The position numbers and the translations under genes were made by a program. Positions 1 to 9,207 of a stretch of DNA of 64,000 nt are shown piece after piece (the stretch's first letter is position 1; each line of letters begins with the position of its first letter). Source of the DNA: Anaerorhabdus sp. (lineage in GTDB: Bacteria > Bacillota_I > Bacilli_A > Erysipelotrichales > Erysipelotrichaceae); contig NZ_JAVWNC010000003.1 in the NCBI RefSeq assembly GCF_036637135.1, positions 1,024-65,023 of the forward strand, given 5' to 3'. The notes beneath the pieces are model-generated. The model saw only the letters and a list, made by a program, of their open reading frames with translations. It was not told where the DNA came from and searched no databases.

Positions 1-2
1 TT

Positions 3-473
3 GATTCATTTATAAGTGGTGCTGCTGATATCGTATCTGTAGTATTAATTATCGCAGTAGCTCGTGGAGCTTCTGTATTAATGACTCAAACAGGATTAGA
101 CTTATACTTATTGAATGCTGCTGCAAATGCATTGAATGGTTTAAGTGCTACAATCTTCGCTCCATTAGCTTATGTTATCTATATCGGATTATCATTCTTA
201 ATCCCATCAACTAGTGGATGTGCTACAGTTACAATGCCTATTATGGGTCCATTAACTGCAAATCTAGGTTATAATCCAGCTGTTATGGTTATGATTTTCT
301 CTGCTGCAAGTGGAATCGTTAACTTATTTACTCCTACATCTGGTGTTGTTATGGGTGGACTAGCTATTGCTAAGGTTGAATATTCAACTTGGTTGAAATG
401 GGCTGGAAAACTTATCATAGTATTAGCTCTTGTATCTTGCGTCATTCTTACTGTCGCAATGATGATTCTATAA
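3..473 (+). CDS. YfcC/DcuC-type anaerobic carrier family membrane protein, C-terminal part (5' end outside window)
   Basis: Frame is open from nt 3 into listed ORF 81..473. Polytopic hydrophobic sequence with TSGCATVTMPIMGPL and FTPTSGVVMGGL segments typical of YfcC-family C-termini. A hairpin terminator follows. Confidence 0.65.
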   Translation, partial: DSFISGAADIVSVVLIIAVARGASVLMTQTGLDLYLLNAAANALNGLSATIFAPLAYVIYIGLSFLIPSTSGCATVTMPIMGPLTANLGYNPAVMVMIFSAASGIVNLFTPTSGVVMGGLAIAKVEYSTWLKWAGKLIIVLALVSCVILTVAMMIL

Positions 474-490
474 GAACATTAGATTTATGC

Positions 491-521
491 AAGACCTTGC
501 TCAATTGATGCAAGGTCTTTT
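491..521 (+). terminator. Rho-independent terminator
   Basis: Perfect 10-bp stem AAGACCTTGC/GCAAGGTCTT with a 9-nt loop, followed by TTTTG. Confidence 0.7.
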
Positions 522-603
522 GTAACGTTTAAAAAAATATAAATGATAACACTTTTATCTCTAATAAAAGGTGCTATAATAAAACAGTAAGGAATTTAAT
601 GAA

Positions 604-1914
604 ATGACTAACGACATAACAACAATACAAGATAAATTTGCATCAGCACTTGACCGACGACAAGTTTGCTCTTTTGATGTTGAATTCGTTGATAATCAAA
701 CCTCACCACTGATACATAGCGCGGCGAGGTTTTTATATTTTCTAGAGGGTGTTTGCACTTTTTCACTCAATGGGATTGATTATGAAATCATACCAAATAC
801 GTTAGTTTCAATCATGCCGTGGGACATCACAGTGATTAAAGATGTTAAGGAACCACTGACTTTTCAAAAAGTAGTTTATAATTCAGACTTTATTAATGGG
901 TATTTAAGAACTATTTATAATCCAAAAAACATCGTTATTAATTTACATGAAACGATTAAAGAGAATCCAGTATTGTATTGCAATGATGATATGGCTGAAA
1001 GAATTCAAACTTTTATTACACACCTCCAAGTTGAACTTGGAGATGATAGTTTAAATCCTGATTATGCTAAACTCCCAGAGTTATCAGATGCTTATGTGAC
1101 AAGTATGATTGTGGGAATACTCGTTTTGTTTAATCGTTTTTGTCAAAAATCAAAGCAAATAAAAGAAGTTGAAAATAATGAACTTGAAATTACGAATCAA
1201 ATCCTGCGGTATATTAACACACATTTACAATCTAAAATTACTTTGGATAAACTTTCTAAAATATTCTATATTAGTGAATCAACGATTGCGAAGTATTTAC
1301 AGGAAAATATCGGGTATTCGTTTACTGAAATGTTAAATGAAATACGTATTTCTAAATCATTTGATTTGTTACTTTATTCAGATTTAAGTTTAAATATCAT
1401 TGCACAACTTGTTGGATTTACAGATGCATCACATTTCATAAAGGCATTTACTACTAAAGTTGGATGCACTCCAAATGAATATCGTAAGAATTATCAAAGT
1501 GATGAAGAAGTATTGAAGAAAAAAGAGAATGAAGTAATTTATAAAGTGTTAAACTTCATCAATGAACATTATCTGAATGATAAGATTAGTGGTTCTATGG
1601 TTTCAAGAAAATTTGGTATTACAATGATGGAATTAAATCATATCATGGTCTTCCAAGTAGAAAAAACATTTGATGAATATGTTGATTGGTTGCGTGTCTC
1701 TCGTGCAAGTGAGTTACTGATTACAACAGAATTAGCAATTACTGATATTGCAATTGAAGTAGGCTATAATACGACAAAAACATTTACAAGAACATTCACA
1801 AATATAAGAAAAATGACACCTGGAGCATTTAGAAAAACAGTGAATTTACAAAAGAATAATGGTGAAATTGTATCAACAAAGAAGGAAAAACCAATACATT
1901 TAGAGAATCTTTAG
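604..1914 (+). CDS. AraC-family transcriptional regulator with N-terminal cupin-like domain and two tandem AraC-type HTH modules
   Basis: The N-terminus (FLYFLEGVCTFSLNGIDYEIIPNTLVSIMPW) looks like an AraC ligand-binding cupin. Two separate HTH_AraC-like blocks follow: ...LDKLSKIFYISESTIAKYL...FTDASHFIKAFTTKVGCTPNEYRK and ...MVSRKFGITMMELNHIM...GYNTTKTFTRTFTNIRKMTPGAFRK. Confidence 0.8.
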   Translation: MTNDITTIQDKFASALDRRQVCSFDVEFVDNQTSPLIHSAARFLYFLEGVCTFSLNGIDYEIIPNTLVSIMPWDITVIKDVKEPLTFQKVVYNSDFINGYLRTIYNPKNIVINLHETIKENPVLYCNDDMAERIQTFITHLQVELGDDSLNPDYAKLPELSDAYVTSMIVGILVLFNRFCQKSKQIKEVENNELEITNQILRYINTHLQSKITLDKLSKIFYISESTIAKYLQENIGYSFTEMLNEIRISKSFDLLLYSDLSLNIIAQLVGFTDASHFIKAFTTKVGCTPNEYRKNYQSDEEVLKKKENEVIYKVLNFINEHYLNDKISGSMVSRKFGITMMELNHIMVFQVEKTFDEYVDWLRVSRASELLITTELAITDIAIEVGYNTTKTFTRTFTNIRKMTPGAFRKTVNLQKNNGEIVSTKKEKPIHLENL

Positions 1915-1959
1915 ATATTGATTTTAATGTCTATGATATAATTTCTTTGAGGTGTAATC

Positions 1960-4260
1960 ATGCTTAAAGGATTAACAAAAGATGAAGTTCAACAACGAAT
2001 TCAAGAAGGTAAGATCAACGCTTTAGAAGTTAAAATTACTCGATCTTACAAAGATATTTTCAAATCCAATGTATTCACATTCTTTAATTTAATGAATGTT
2101 ATTTTATTTGTGCTCATTGTAATGGTTAAGTCCTATCGCAATGGGTTGTTTTTTTTGACAATCATCGCGAATACATGTGTAGGTATATTTCAAGAAATTC
2201 GTTCTAAGCGAGTTTTAGATCGACTTGCGATTATCACTATGAATAAAATAGAAGTACTACGTGATGAGGAACGTATCATATTACCAATTGATCAACTCGT
2301 TTTAGATGATGTAGTAATTATCAAAGCAGGGATGCAGGTACCAAGTGATGCAATGATTTTAGATGGCAAACTGGAAGTGAATGAATCACTTTTAACAGGT
2401 GAAAGTGTTCCACAATTAAAAACGATTAATCAAGAATTATTTAGTGGGAGTGTTGTAACTTCAGGTGAAGCAACATGCCAAATTATTCATGTAGGTAAAG
2501 ATAATTATTCTTCAAAAATCATTCAAGAAGCAAAAAAATTTAAAGGAATTACATCTGATTTGAAGAAAAGCATTGATTCGATACTTAAAATTATTAGTAT
2601 AATTATTATTCCTTTAGGTTCATTATTGTTTGCGAATCAATATTTCATGTTGCATTTTACTCTAAAAGAAGCAGTAGTTAAAACAGTTGCAGCATTAATT
2701 GGTATGATACCTGAAGGACTTGTATTTCTTACAAGTGTTGCATTGGCAATTAGTGTAATACGTCTAGCTCAAAAGAAAACATTAGTACAGGATTTATATT
2801 GCGTTGAAACTCTAGCGCGTGTAGATACATTGTGTTTAGATAAAACAGGTACTTTAACCGAAGGTAAAATGAAAGTCATTGAATCATTTAAAATAGAAGA
2901 CATTAATCTTGATGAAATTATGGGTAATTATTGTTCGATTTTTCCGGATGGGAATGCGACATCATTAGCTTTAAGTGCTTCCTATAAAACCTTTAATAAT
3001 TATACATGTGTGGATAAGTTGGATTTTTCAAGTGATCGTAAGTATAGCGCAATTACATTTGAAAAAGAAGGTACATATTGTTTAGGCGCAGCACAATTCT
3101 TGTTTCCACAACAAAATGAAATTATTGAAATAGCTCAGAAATATGCAAGTCAGGGATTCCGTGTTATTTTCTTAGGTAAATCAGAAAAAGGAATTATAAA
3201 TAACCAAATTAGTGATGCAATACCATTAGCTTATATGCTGATAAGAGATCAAATACGACCAACAGCTAAAGCTACAATTGAATATTTCTATAAACAAGAT
3301 GTAACATGTAAAATCATATCAGGGGATGATCCGGCAACTGTTTCAAATATTGCCAAAAGTGTTGGTGTTAAGGATACAGATAATTATGTGGATGCATCAC
3401 AATATACAGATGAAGAATTATCAAAACTTATATTAGAGAGAACTATTTTTGGAAGGGTTACACCCTATCAAAAGAAACTGTTTGTGGAATCACTACAAAA
3501 AGCAGGACATGTTGTTGCGATGACGGGTGATGGTGTTAATGATGTACCAGCTTTAAAAAAGGCAAATGCTTCCATTGCAATGGCATCAGGTAGTGATGCA
3601 GCAAAAAATGCTTCTAATATTGTGTTACTTGATTCTGATTTTAGTAGTTTACCTTCTGTGGTAAATGAGGGAAGACGAGTAATTAATAATATACGTAGTG
3701 CATCATCGATGTTTTTAATCAAAACTGCTTTCTCAGTTGTGTTATCTATATTAACAGTATTATTATCGCAAGCATATCCATTCCAACCCATTCAATTAAC
3801 AGTCATTGGTATCTTCTCAATTGGGGTGCCAACATTCTTATTACAATTTGAACCTAATTTTCAACGAGTTGATGGAAAGTTTCTTAGAGTTGCGTTCAGA
3901 AATGCAATACCATCTGCAATGGCTATCGTCTTTGGGATATTATTAGGAATGATACTTCATTCATTTTTCAATATACCAGCAAATATGGTGTCTACATTTA
4001 ATGCGATACAAACAGGCATCATCTATACTTTTACTCTCTATATGGTTTATTCACCATTGACTAAGTATCGCCTTGTTGTGATTGTATCAATGCAAATATT
4101 ACTCGCATTTGCATTTGTATTTGGTGCAAATTTCTTAGGATTAACATCCTTAACACCTGAAATAATCATTACAATATTTATCTATTCTATTATCTCAATA
4201 GGGTTAGTAAAAGGATTTAAAGTAATATTTGAATCAATAATCAAGTCGCTCGGATACTAA
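1960..4260 (+). CDS. Cation-transporting P-type ATPase (P2-like, substrate not assignable)
   Basis: Contains the DKTGTLT phosphorylation motif, TGES actuator motif, PEGL in TM4, MTGDGVNDVPALKKA hinge, and about 10 predicted TM segments. Confidence 0.9.
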   Translation: MLKGLTKDEVQQRIQEGKINALEVKITRSYKDIFKSNVFTFFNLMNVILFVLIVMVKSYRNGLFFLTIIANTCVGIFQEIRSKRVLDRLAIITMNKIEVLRDEERIILPIDQLVLDDVVIIKAGMQVPSDAMILDGKLEVNESLLTGESVPQLKTINQELFSGSVVTSGEATCQIIHVGKDNYSSKIIQEAKKFKGITSDLKKSIDSILKIISIIIIPLGSLLFANQYFMLHFTLKEAVVKTVAALIGMIPEGLVFLTSVALAISVIRLAQKKTLVQDLYCVETLARVDTLCLDKTGTLTEGKMKVIESFKIEDINLDEIMGNYCSIFPDGNATSLALSASYKTFNNYTCVDKLDFSSDRKYSAITFEKEGTYCLGAAQFLFPQQNEIIEIAQKYASQGFRVIFLGKSEKGIINNQISDAIPLAYMLIRDQIRPTAKATIEYFYKQDVTCKIISGDDPATVSNIAKSVGVKDTDNYVDASQYTDEELSKLILERTIFGRVTPYQKKLFVESLQKAGHVVAMTGDGVNDVPALKKANASIAMASGSDAAKNASNIVLLDSDFSSLPSVVNEGRRVINNIRSASSMFLIKTAFSVVLSILTVLLSQAYPFQPIQLTVIGIFSIGVPTFLLQFEPNFQRVDGKFLRVAFRNAIPSAMAIVFGILLGMILHSFFNIPANMVSTFNAIQTGIIYTFTLYMVYSPLTKYRLVVIVSMQILLAFAFVFGANFLGLTSLTPEIIITIFIYSIISIGLVKGFKVIFESIIKSLGY

Positions 4261-4274
4261 TTCGAGCGATTTTA
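4246..4274 (+). terminator. Terminator overlapping the ATPase stop codon
   Basis: Stem TCGCTCG/CGAGCGA followed by a TTTT run. Confidence 0.5.
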
Positions 4275-4309
4275 CATAGATTTAACAATATTTGCATACA
4301 AACTTAATA
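4271..4309 (+). promoter_or_regulatory. Candidate Pho box array (four direct hexamers at 11-bp periodicity) upstream of pstS
   Basis: TTTACA (4271), TTAACA (4282), TGCATA (4293) and TTAATA (4304) are each 11 bp apart. Three fit the Bacillus-type PhoP consensus TT(A/T/C)A(C/T)A and one has a single mismatch. They lie 50-85 nt upstream of the pstS ATG. Confidence 0.4.
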
Positions 4310-4357
4310 ATTATTTTCTATTCTATACATGTACCGAGATGGTATGGGAGGAAATTT

Positions 4358-5296
4358 ATGAAAAAATTATTAAGTTTATTACTAGCGGGGTTATTGATTG
4401 CAGGATGCTCATCAACTCCAACAAATAATGAAAATGGGGGAGAAGCAACTCCAGGTGCTTCAACTGCAACAGTAAATGTTTACACTCGTGATGGAAGTAG
4501 TGGAACAAGAGAAGCATTTGAAGGTGCTATCGGACTTGAAGAATTAACTCAAAATGCAATTGAAGTTAGTTCAAATGGCGATATGGCTACAAAAGTAGGA
4601 AATGATACAGCAGGTATCGGATATGTTTCATTATCAACTGACTTTGAAGCAAACAACATTAAGGCATTATCATTTGAAGGTGTAGTACCAACAGTAGAAA
4701 CAGTATTAGATGGTACATATACAATGCAACGTCCATTCGCATTTGTTACACGTTCAGCTGGTGACTTTGGATCAGATGAAAAAGAACAATTAGTTGCCGC
4801 ATTTATCGATTTCTTACAAAACTCAACAGAAGGTATGGCAATCGTTGAAAGTGCTCATGGTATTGTAGATATAACAAAAGGAACACCTTGGGCTGAATTA
4901 GCTAAAAATCACCCAATCGTTACTCAAGATAATTCAGCAATTACAGTCGTAACTGCAGGATCAACTTCAGTTAGTAAAACATTACAAGCAGCTTTAGAAG
5001 CATTCCAACCAATGGCTGGTAACTTCCAAATCTCAATGAATCAAACAGGTTCAGGTGATGGTTACAAACGTGTATTAGGCGAAGAAAAAGATGGAGCTAA
5101 TGCTGCAGATATCGGATTTGCATCAAGAAACTTCAAAACTGAAGAAGACATTACAACAGCAATGGCTACAGGCGTTTATTGTATCGATGCAGTAGTTGCA
5201 GTAGTTAATAAAACAAATGAATTAACTAACGTAACAAAACAAAACTTATTCGATATTTTCTCAGGAACAGTAACATCATTCACTGACGTTAAGTAG
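4358..5296 (+). CDS. pstS: Phosphate ABC transporter substrate-binding lipoprotein PstS (segment order appears circularly permuted)
   Basis: ATG at 4358 lies 6 nt after RBS GGGAGG. Lipobox LLIAGCSS. Phosphate-binding motifs TRDGSSGT, AGSTSV, TGSGDG and DIGFASR are present. First gene of the pstSCAB-phoU operon. Confidence 0.85.
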   Translation: MKKLLSLLLAGLLIAGCSSTPTNNENGGEATPGASTATVNVYTRDGSSGTREAFEGAIGLEELTQNAIEVSSNGDMATKVGNDTAGIGYVSLSTDFEANNIKALSFEGVVPTVETVLDGTYTMQRPFAFVTRSAGDFGSDEKEQLVAAFIDFLQNSTEGMAIVESAHGIVDITKGTPWAELAKNHPIVTQDNSAITVVTAGSTSVSKTLQAALEAFQPMAGNFQISMNQTGSGDGYKRVLGEEKDGANAADIGFASRNFKTEEDITTAMATGVYCIDAVVAVVNKTNELTNVTKQNLFDIFSGTVTSFTDVK

Positions 5297-5302
5297 GTTG
5301 TT

Positions 5303-6223
5303 ATGCAAGTAAATAAGAAGTATATCAAAAAAAATAAAACGATTGATACGATTTATAAATACTTCTTTATGGCGATGGCTATTCTAGCAAGTAGCTTCAT
5401 AGTATTACTAGTTCTCTTTGTTTTCACAAAGGGAATTTCGCCATTTTTAAGTGGATATGAATATGGTCAAGTTAATTTATTTGATTTTCTATTTGGATTA
5501 ACTTATCGACAAGATAAAGGAATATACGGGGTTGGGTTTATTGTTATTAATACATTTATTAGTGCTTTTGCAGCTCTAATCATTTCGTTCCCAATTTCAG
5601 TATTGACTGCTTTATTTATTGTGAAAATTGCACCAAAGAAAATTAGTTCCATTATGCAAACAATTGTAGAATTACTGGCAAGTATTCCAAGTATTGTTTA
5701 TGGGGTTTTTGCAGGGGGTGTGATTACAGGGATTGTAAAGGATTTAGCGTTATTGTTTGGTGTTTCTACAGCCGGAGGTTCAAGTTTATTAGCGGTTGTA
5801 ATACTATTGGCAATCATGATTTTCCCAACAATTACATCACTATCCATTTCAGCAATTCAAGCAGTTGATAAAGATTTAGAACAAGCATCACTTGCATTAG
5901 GGGCAACAAAAACTCAAACCAATTTTAAGATTGTATTGATCGCTGCTAAATCTGGAATCTTTGCAGGTGCAATACTTGGTATTGGACGTGCTTTTGGTGA
6001 AGCAACAGCTGTTGCGATGGTGGCAGGTAATAAATTATTTGGACCTACATTTAATCCATTTGATATTACACGTACCCTTACTACAACAATGCTTGCAGGA
6101 TTAAAGGAAACATCTGGTCTTGATTATGATATTCGTTTCTCAGTTGGATTAGTCTTGATGGTTGTTATCTTTATAAGTAACTACATTCTCAATCTTGTGA
6201 AAAGGAAAGTAGGTAATATGTAA
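5303..6223 (+). CDS. pstC: Phosphate ABC transporter permease PstC
   Basis: Six-TM permease with the EAA-like loop DKDLEQASLALGATKTQT. Operon context. Confidence 0.9.
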   Translation: MQVNKKYIKKNKTIDTIYKYFFMAMAILASSFIVLLVLFVFTKGISPFLSGYEYGQVNLFDFLFGLTYRQDKGIYGVGFIVINTFISAFAALIISFPISVLTALFIVKIAPKKISSIMQTIVELLASIPSIVYGVFAGGVITGIVKDLALLFGVSTAGGSSLLAVVILLAIMIFPTITSLSISAIQAVDKDLEQASLALGATKTQTNFKIVLIAAKSGIFAGAILGIGRAFGEATAVAMVAGNKLFGPTFNPFDITRTLTTTMLAGLKETSGLDYDIRFSVGLVLMVVIFISNYILNLVKRKVGNM

Positions 6224-7425
6224 TGAGTACAAAATTAAAAGATAAAATATTAAATACAATTACTTATTTCGCAAGTGGTATTAGTGTATTCGTATTAGGC
6301 GCAGTATTATTATTTCTATTTTCAAAAGGTTTCTCAACTTTAAACTGGAATTTACTAGTTAATAATTATTGGAGTCAAAATTTATTGGGTACTGTTGATT
6401 CAATAGGTGGTGATTACAATATCACTGAAGAAGTAGAAGGAATATATTCTAATAGATGGGGAATCGCGTTAAAAGATGATGTAAATTCCCAAAAAGAAAA
6501 AGTAATTGAAGTAACATATATTCATCCAGACTCACCTTTAAAAACGATGATCAGCTCATCAGCTGGTGATAATAATAAAGAAATTGTATTGGAAAATGGA
6601 TATACGATACAAAAAATTGACATCATTACAAGTGAAGGTATTCCAACGTTTACTGGGAAAATCATGTCACAGGATGCTCAAACAGTAATTCAAAATATAG
6701 ATACTGCTGAAGAAATCACAAGTATTTATTATAAAACTACGGGTGGAGGTATACGTAGTAGTTTAATCACAACCTTATATTTAATTGTAATCTCATTGGT
6801 AATTGCATTACCAATTGGAGTATGTAGTGCTATCTATTTACATGAATATGCATCAAAATCAAAATTTAATAAAATGATTCGTCAAGGGATTGAAACACTT
6901 ACTGGTGTGCCAAGTATTGTATATGGATTAATGGGTGTTACTGTATTATTCCCAGTTACTCAATTATTTGGTGCTACAACTACAAGTATTCTCCTTGGAG
7001 GATTAACCATGTCGATTATCTTACTTCCAACCATCATGAAATCGACAGAAGAAGCACTCATTGTTGTACCTCAAAGTTTAAGAGATGGAAGTTTATCGCT
7101 AGGTGCAACTAAATCACAAACCATTTTCAAGGTAGTTTTACCTTGTGCTGTTAATGGAATATTAACAGGTGTATTATTATCAATAGGTAGGGTCATCGGT
7201 GAGTCTGCAGCGTTAATATACACAATGGGAACATTCATTAATGATTCTCCATCATTACTATCTCAAGGAACTTCACTGTCACTTATGATTTGGTCATTTA
7301 TGTCAGGTGAACAACCTAACTTTGAATTAGCTAGTGCTATTTCAATCATAATTTTAGTTATTGTATTAATATTAAACTTTGTGGTAAAAGCAATCGCAAA
7401 GAAATTCACGAAGAAATTTGCGTAG
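6223..7425 (+). CDS. pstA: Phosphate ABC transporter permease PstA with enlarged extracytoplasmic loop
   Basis: Start overlaps the pstC stop (ATGTAATG). Permease core with PQSLRDGSLSLGATKSQT. About 130 non-hydrophobic residues sit between TM1 and TM2. Confidence 0.9.
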   Translation: MSTKLKDKILNTITYFASGISVFVLGAVLLFLFSKGFSTLNWNLLVNNYWSQNLLGTVDSIGGDYNITEEVEGIYSNRWGIALKDDVNSQKEKVIEVTYIHPDSPLKTMISSSAGDNNKEIVLENGYTIQKIDIITSEGIPTFTGKIMSQDAQTVIQNIDTAEEITSIYYKTTGGGIRSSLITTLYLIVISLVIALPIGVCSAIYLHEYASKSKFNKMIRQGIETLTGVPSIVYGLMGVTVLFPVTQLFGATTTSILLGGLTMSIILLPTIMKSTEEALIVVPQSLRDGSLSLGATKSQTIFKVVLPCAVNGILTGVLLSIGRVIGESAALIYTMGTFINDSPSLLSQGTSLSLMIWSFMSGEQPNFELASAISIIILVIVLILNFVVKAIAKKFTKKFA

Positions 7426-7437
7426 AAAGGTAAACTT

Positions 7438-8193
7438 ATGGAAACAAGTTTTAAAGTAAAAGATTTAGATTTATTCTATGGTGATAAACAAGCACTAAAG
7501 AAAATCAATATGGACTTATATAGAAATAAAGTTACAGCATTCATTGGTCCTTCTGGTTGTGGTAAGTCAACTTTCTTACGCTGTTTAAATCGTATGAATG
7601 ACTTAATTGAAGGTTGCAAAATTGTAGGAACAATTGAAAAAGATGGAGAAAATATATATTCATCGAAAACAGATATTGTCGACTTAAGAACGAAAGTGGG
7701 AATGGTATTTCAAAAACCAAACCCATTTCCAATGAGTATCTATGATAATGTGGCATATGGTCCACGTTGCCAAGGTCTTAAAGATAAAAAAGAATTAGAA
7801 GAAATTGTTACAAAAGCTCTTAAACAAGCAGCTCTTTATGAAGAAGTAAAAGATCGTTTGCACGAATCAGCTCTTGGTTTATCAGGTGGTCAACAACAAC
7901 GTTTATGTATAGCACGTTGTATCGCAATGGAACCTGAAGTAATACTTATGGATGAACCAACTTCAGCATTAGATCCAATTGCGACTGCGAAGATAGAAGA
8001 GTTGATTGAAGAATTAAAAAAAGACTATACTATTATTATTGTTACTCATAGTATGCAACAAGCTTCACGTATTAGTGATTACACTGCTTTCTTCTTATTG
8101 GGAGAAGTAGTAGAATTTGATAATACGAAACTGGTATTTAGTACACCACAAGATAAAAGAACAGAAGATTATATTACAGGGAGATTCGGATAA
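7438..8193 (+). CDS. pstB: Phosphate ABC transporter ATP-binding protein PstB
   Basis: Walker [10 protein letters not shown], signature LSGGQQQR, Walker B ILMDEP, and the characteristic PstB C-terminus [10 protein letters not shown]. Confidence 0.95.
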   Translation: METSFKVKDLDLFYGDKQALKKINMDLYRNKVTAFIGPSGCGKSTFLRCLNRMNDLIEGCKIVGTIEKDGENIYSSKTDIVDLRTKVGMVFQKPNPFPMSIYDNVAYGPRCQGLKDKKELEEIVTKALKQAALYEEVKDRLHESALGLSGGQQQRLCIARCIAMEPEVILMDEPTSALDPIATAKIEELIEELKKDYTIIIVTHSMQQASRISDYTAFFLLGEVVEFDNTKLVFSTPQDKRTEDYITGRFG

Positions 8194-8834
8194 TGACAAA
8201 ACTTGATGAAAAATGTACTTTAATTAAAGAATGTGTAATGAAAATGGCAAAACGTGTTGAAGACATGTATGCTTTATCACTTGAAATAATTGAAACAGGA
8301 AATACTGAAACTGCCCTTAAAGTAATTGAAATGGACAGTTTTGTAAACAGTGCAGAAGAAGAAATCAATGATTTAGCCATTGAAGCATTGTGTTTATTAT
8401 CACCAGTTGCAAGTGATTTACGTAAAGTAATAAGCGCAATTAAGATTGCTTCGGATTTGGAACGTATTGGAGATTATGCAAAAAGCATTGCAGGATTTGT
8501 AGTGCGTAATGGAAAACTAGATCCTGAATTAGCACTTAAGGCAAAAGATTTAGGTGACGCATTCCTCACGATGATTGACCATGCAATGGACAGCTATAAT
8601 AAATCTGATGCAGTTTGGGCAATGAGTATTCCTGAAGAAGATCTTCAAATTGATCGCATTTATGATGAGATTGTTAAGTACTTACAAGCTAAGATTAAGA
8701 AGCAAGAAGTATCGGATGATATTATCCCAGTATTAGGTATGTTACGCAATTTAAAGCGTGCAGGTGAGCACACTAAAAATATTTGTGAACATACTATATT
8801 TGAAGTAAAAGGACAACATATTGAATTTAACTAA
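8193..8834 (+). CDS. phoU: Phosphate signalling complex protein PhoU
   Basis: Two PhoU repeats (DLERIGDYAKSI and NLKRAGEHTKNICE). Translationally coupled to pstB (TAATG). Confidence 0.9.
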   Translation: MTKLDEKCTLIKECVMKMAKRVEDMYALSLEIIETGNTETALKVIEMDSFVNSAEEEINDLAIEALCLLSPVASDLRKVISAIKIASDLERIGDYAKSIAGFVVRNGKLDPELALKAKDLGDAFLTMIDHAMDSYNKSDAVWAMSIPEEDLQIDRIYDEIVKYLQAKIKKQEVSDDIIPVLGMLRNLKRAGEHTKNICEHTIFEVKGQHIEFN

Positions 8835-8858
8835 GATACCTGTAAGGGTATCTTTTTA
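8834..8858 (+). terminator. pst-phoU operon terminator
   Basis: Stem AGATACC/GGTATCT with a 6-nt loop, then a T run. Confidence 0.7.
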
Positions 8859-8899
8859 AAATCCAATTACTTGACTTAATTAAGTAAAAGAGTTATAAA

Positions 8900-9060
8900 G
8901 AAGATAGAATCAGTAGGTGAGGCTACCTTAGGGATACGGATTGCTGCCGCGAAATTGTGGAGACACAATGAGTTGGTCAACAGTCTATGTCGCGTCAAGG
9001 CATAGAATAATGTAATAACATTGCCCTAAGAAGTTAAAGCTTGAATGATATAGAACGTTT
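8900..9060 (+). promoter_or_regulatory. M-box (ykoK leader) Mg2+ riboswitch
   Basis: Conserved M-box blocks occur in the correct order: GTAGGTGAGGCTACC, GGGATACGG, TGCTGCCGCGAAA, GGTCAACAG, GTCAAGGCATAG, GTTAAAGCT. It lies upstream of a Mg2+ P-type ATPase gene. Confidence 0.9.
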
Positions 9061-9064
9061 TTTT

Positions 9065-9094
9065 AAGTCCTTGTCTAACTGATGAGGACTTTTA
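9065..9094 (+). terminator. M-box expression-platform terminator
   Basis: Stem AAGTCCT/AGGACTT followed by TTTTAT, immediately 3' of the aptamer. Confidence 0.7.
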
Positions 9095-9114
9095 TATTGA
9101 AGGAGGTGAGTTGT

Positions 9115-9207
9115 ATGAGTAGTGGTCATCCGTGTATTGAAGACATATGGCTGAATTATAATAAATTGAATAGCTTATACAGCTCATTTCGTATTTCTAT
9201 GAATTAA
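9115..9207 (+). CDS. Candidate 30-aa leader/small ORF between the M-box terminator and mgtA
   Basis: AGGAGG (9101-9106) lies 8 nt before ATG 9115. Translation is MSSGHPCIEDIWLNYNKLNSLYSSFRISMN, with TAA at 9205-9207. Too short for the supplied ORF track, and I recognise no homology. Confidence 0.3.
   Translation: MSSGHPCIEDIWLNYNKLNSLYSSFRISMN

Noticed and set aside
3468-3791. 107-aa antisense ORF inside the P-type ATPase gene. Similar shadow ORFs occur at 7541-7765, 8174-8380, 9973-10257, 10707-10950, 11650-11859, 14850-15119, 15279-15536, 26926-27291, 28144-28407, 31820-32224, 45496-45825, 49620-49862 and 53280-53483.
   Set aside because: All are embedded in, or out of frame with, strongly supported genes. 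They lack a Shine-Dalgarno sequence and have low-complexity or odd composition, as expected for chance ORFs.
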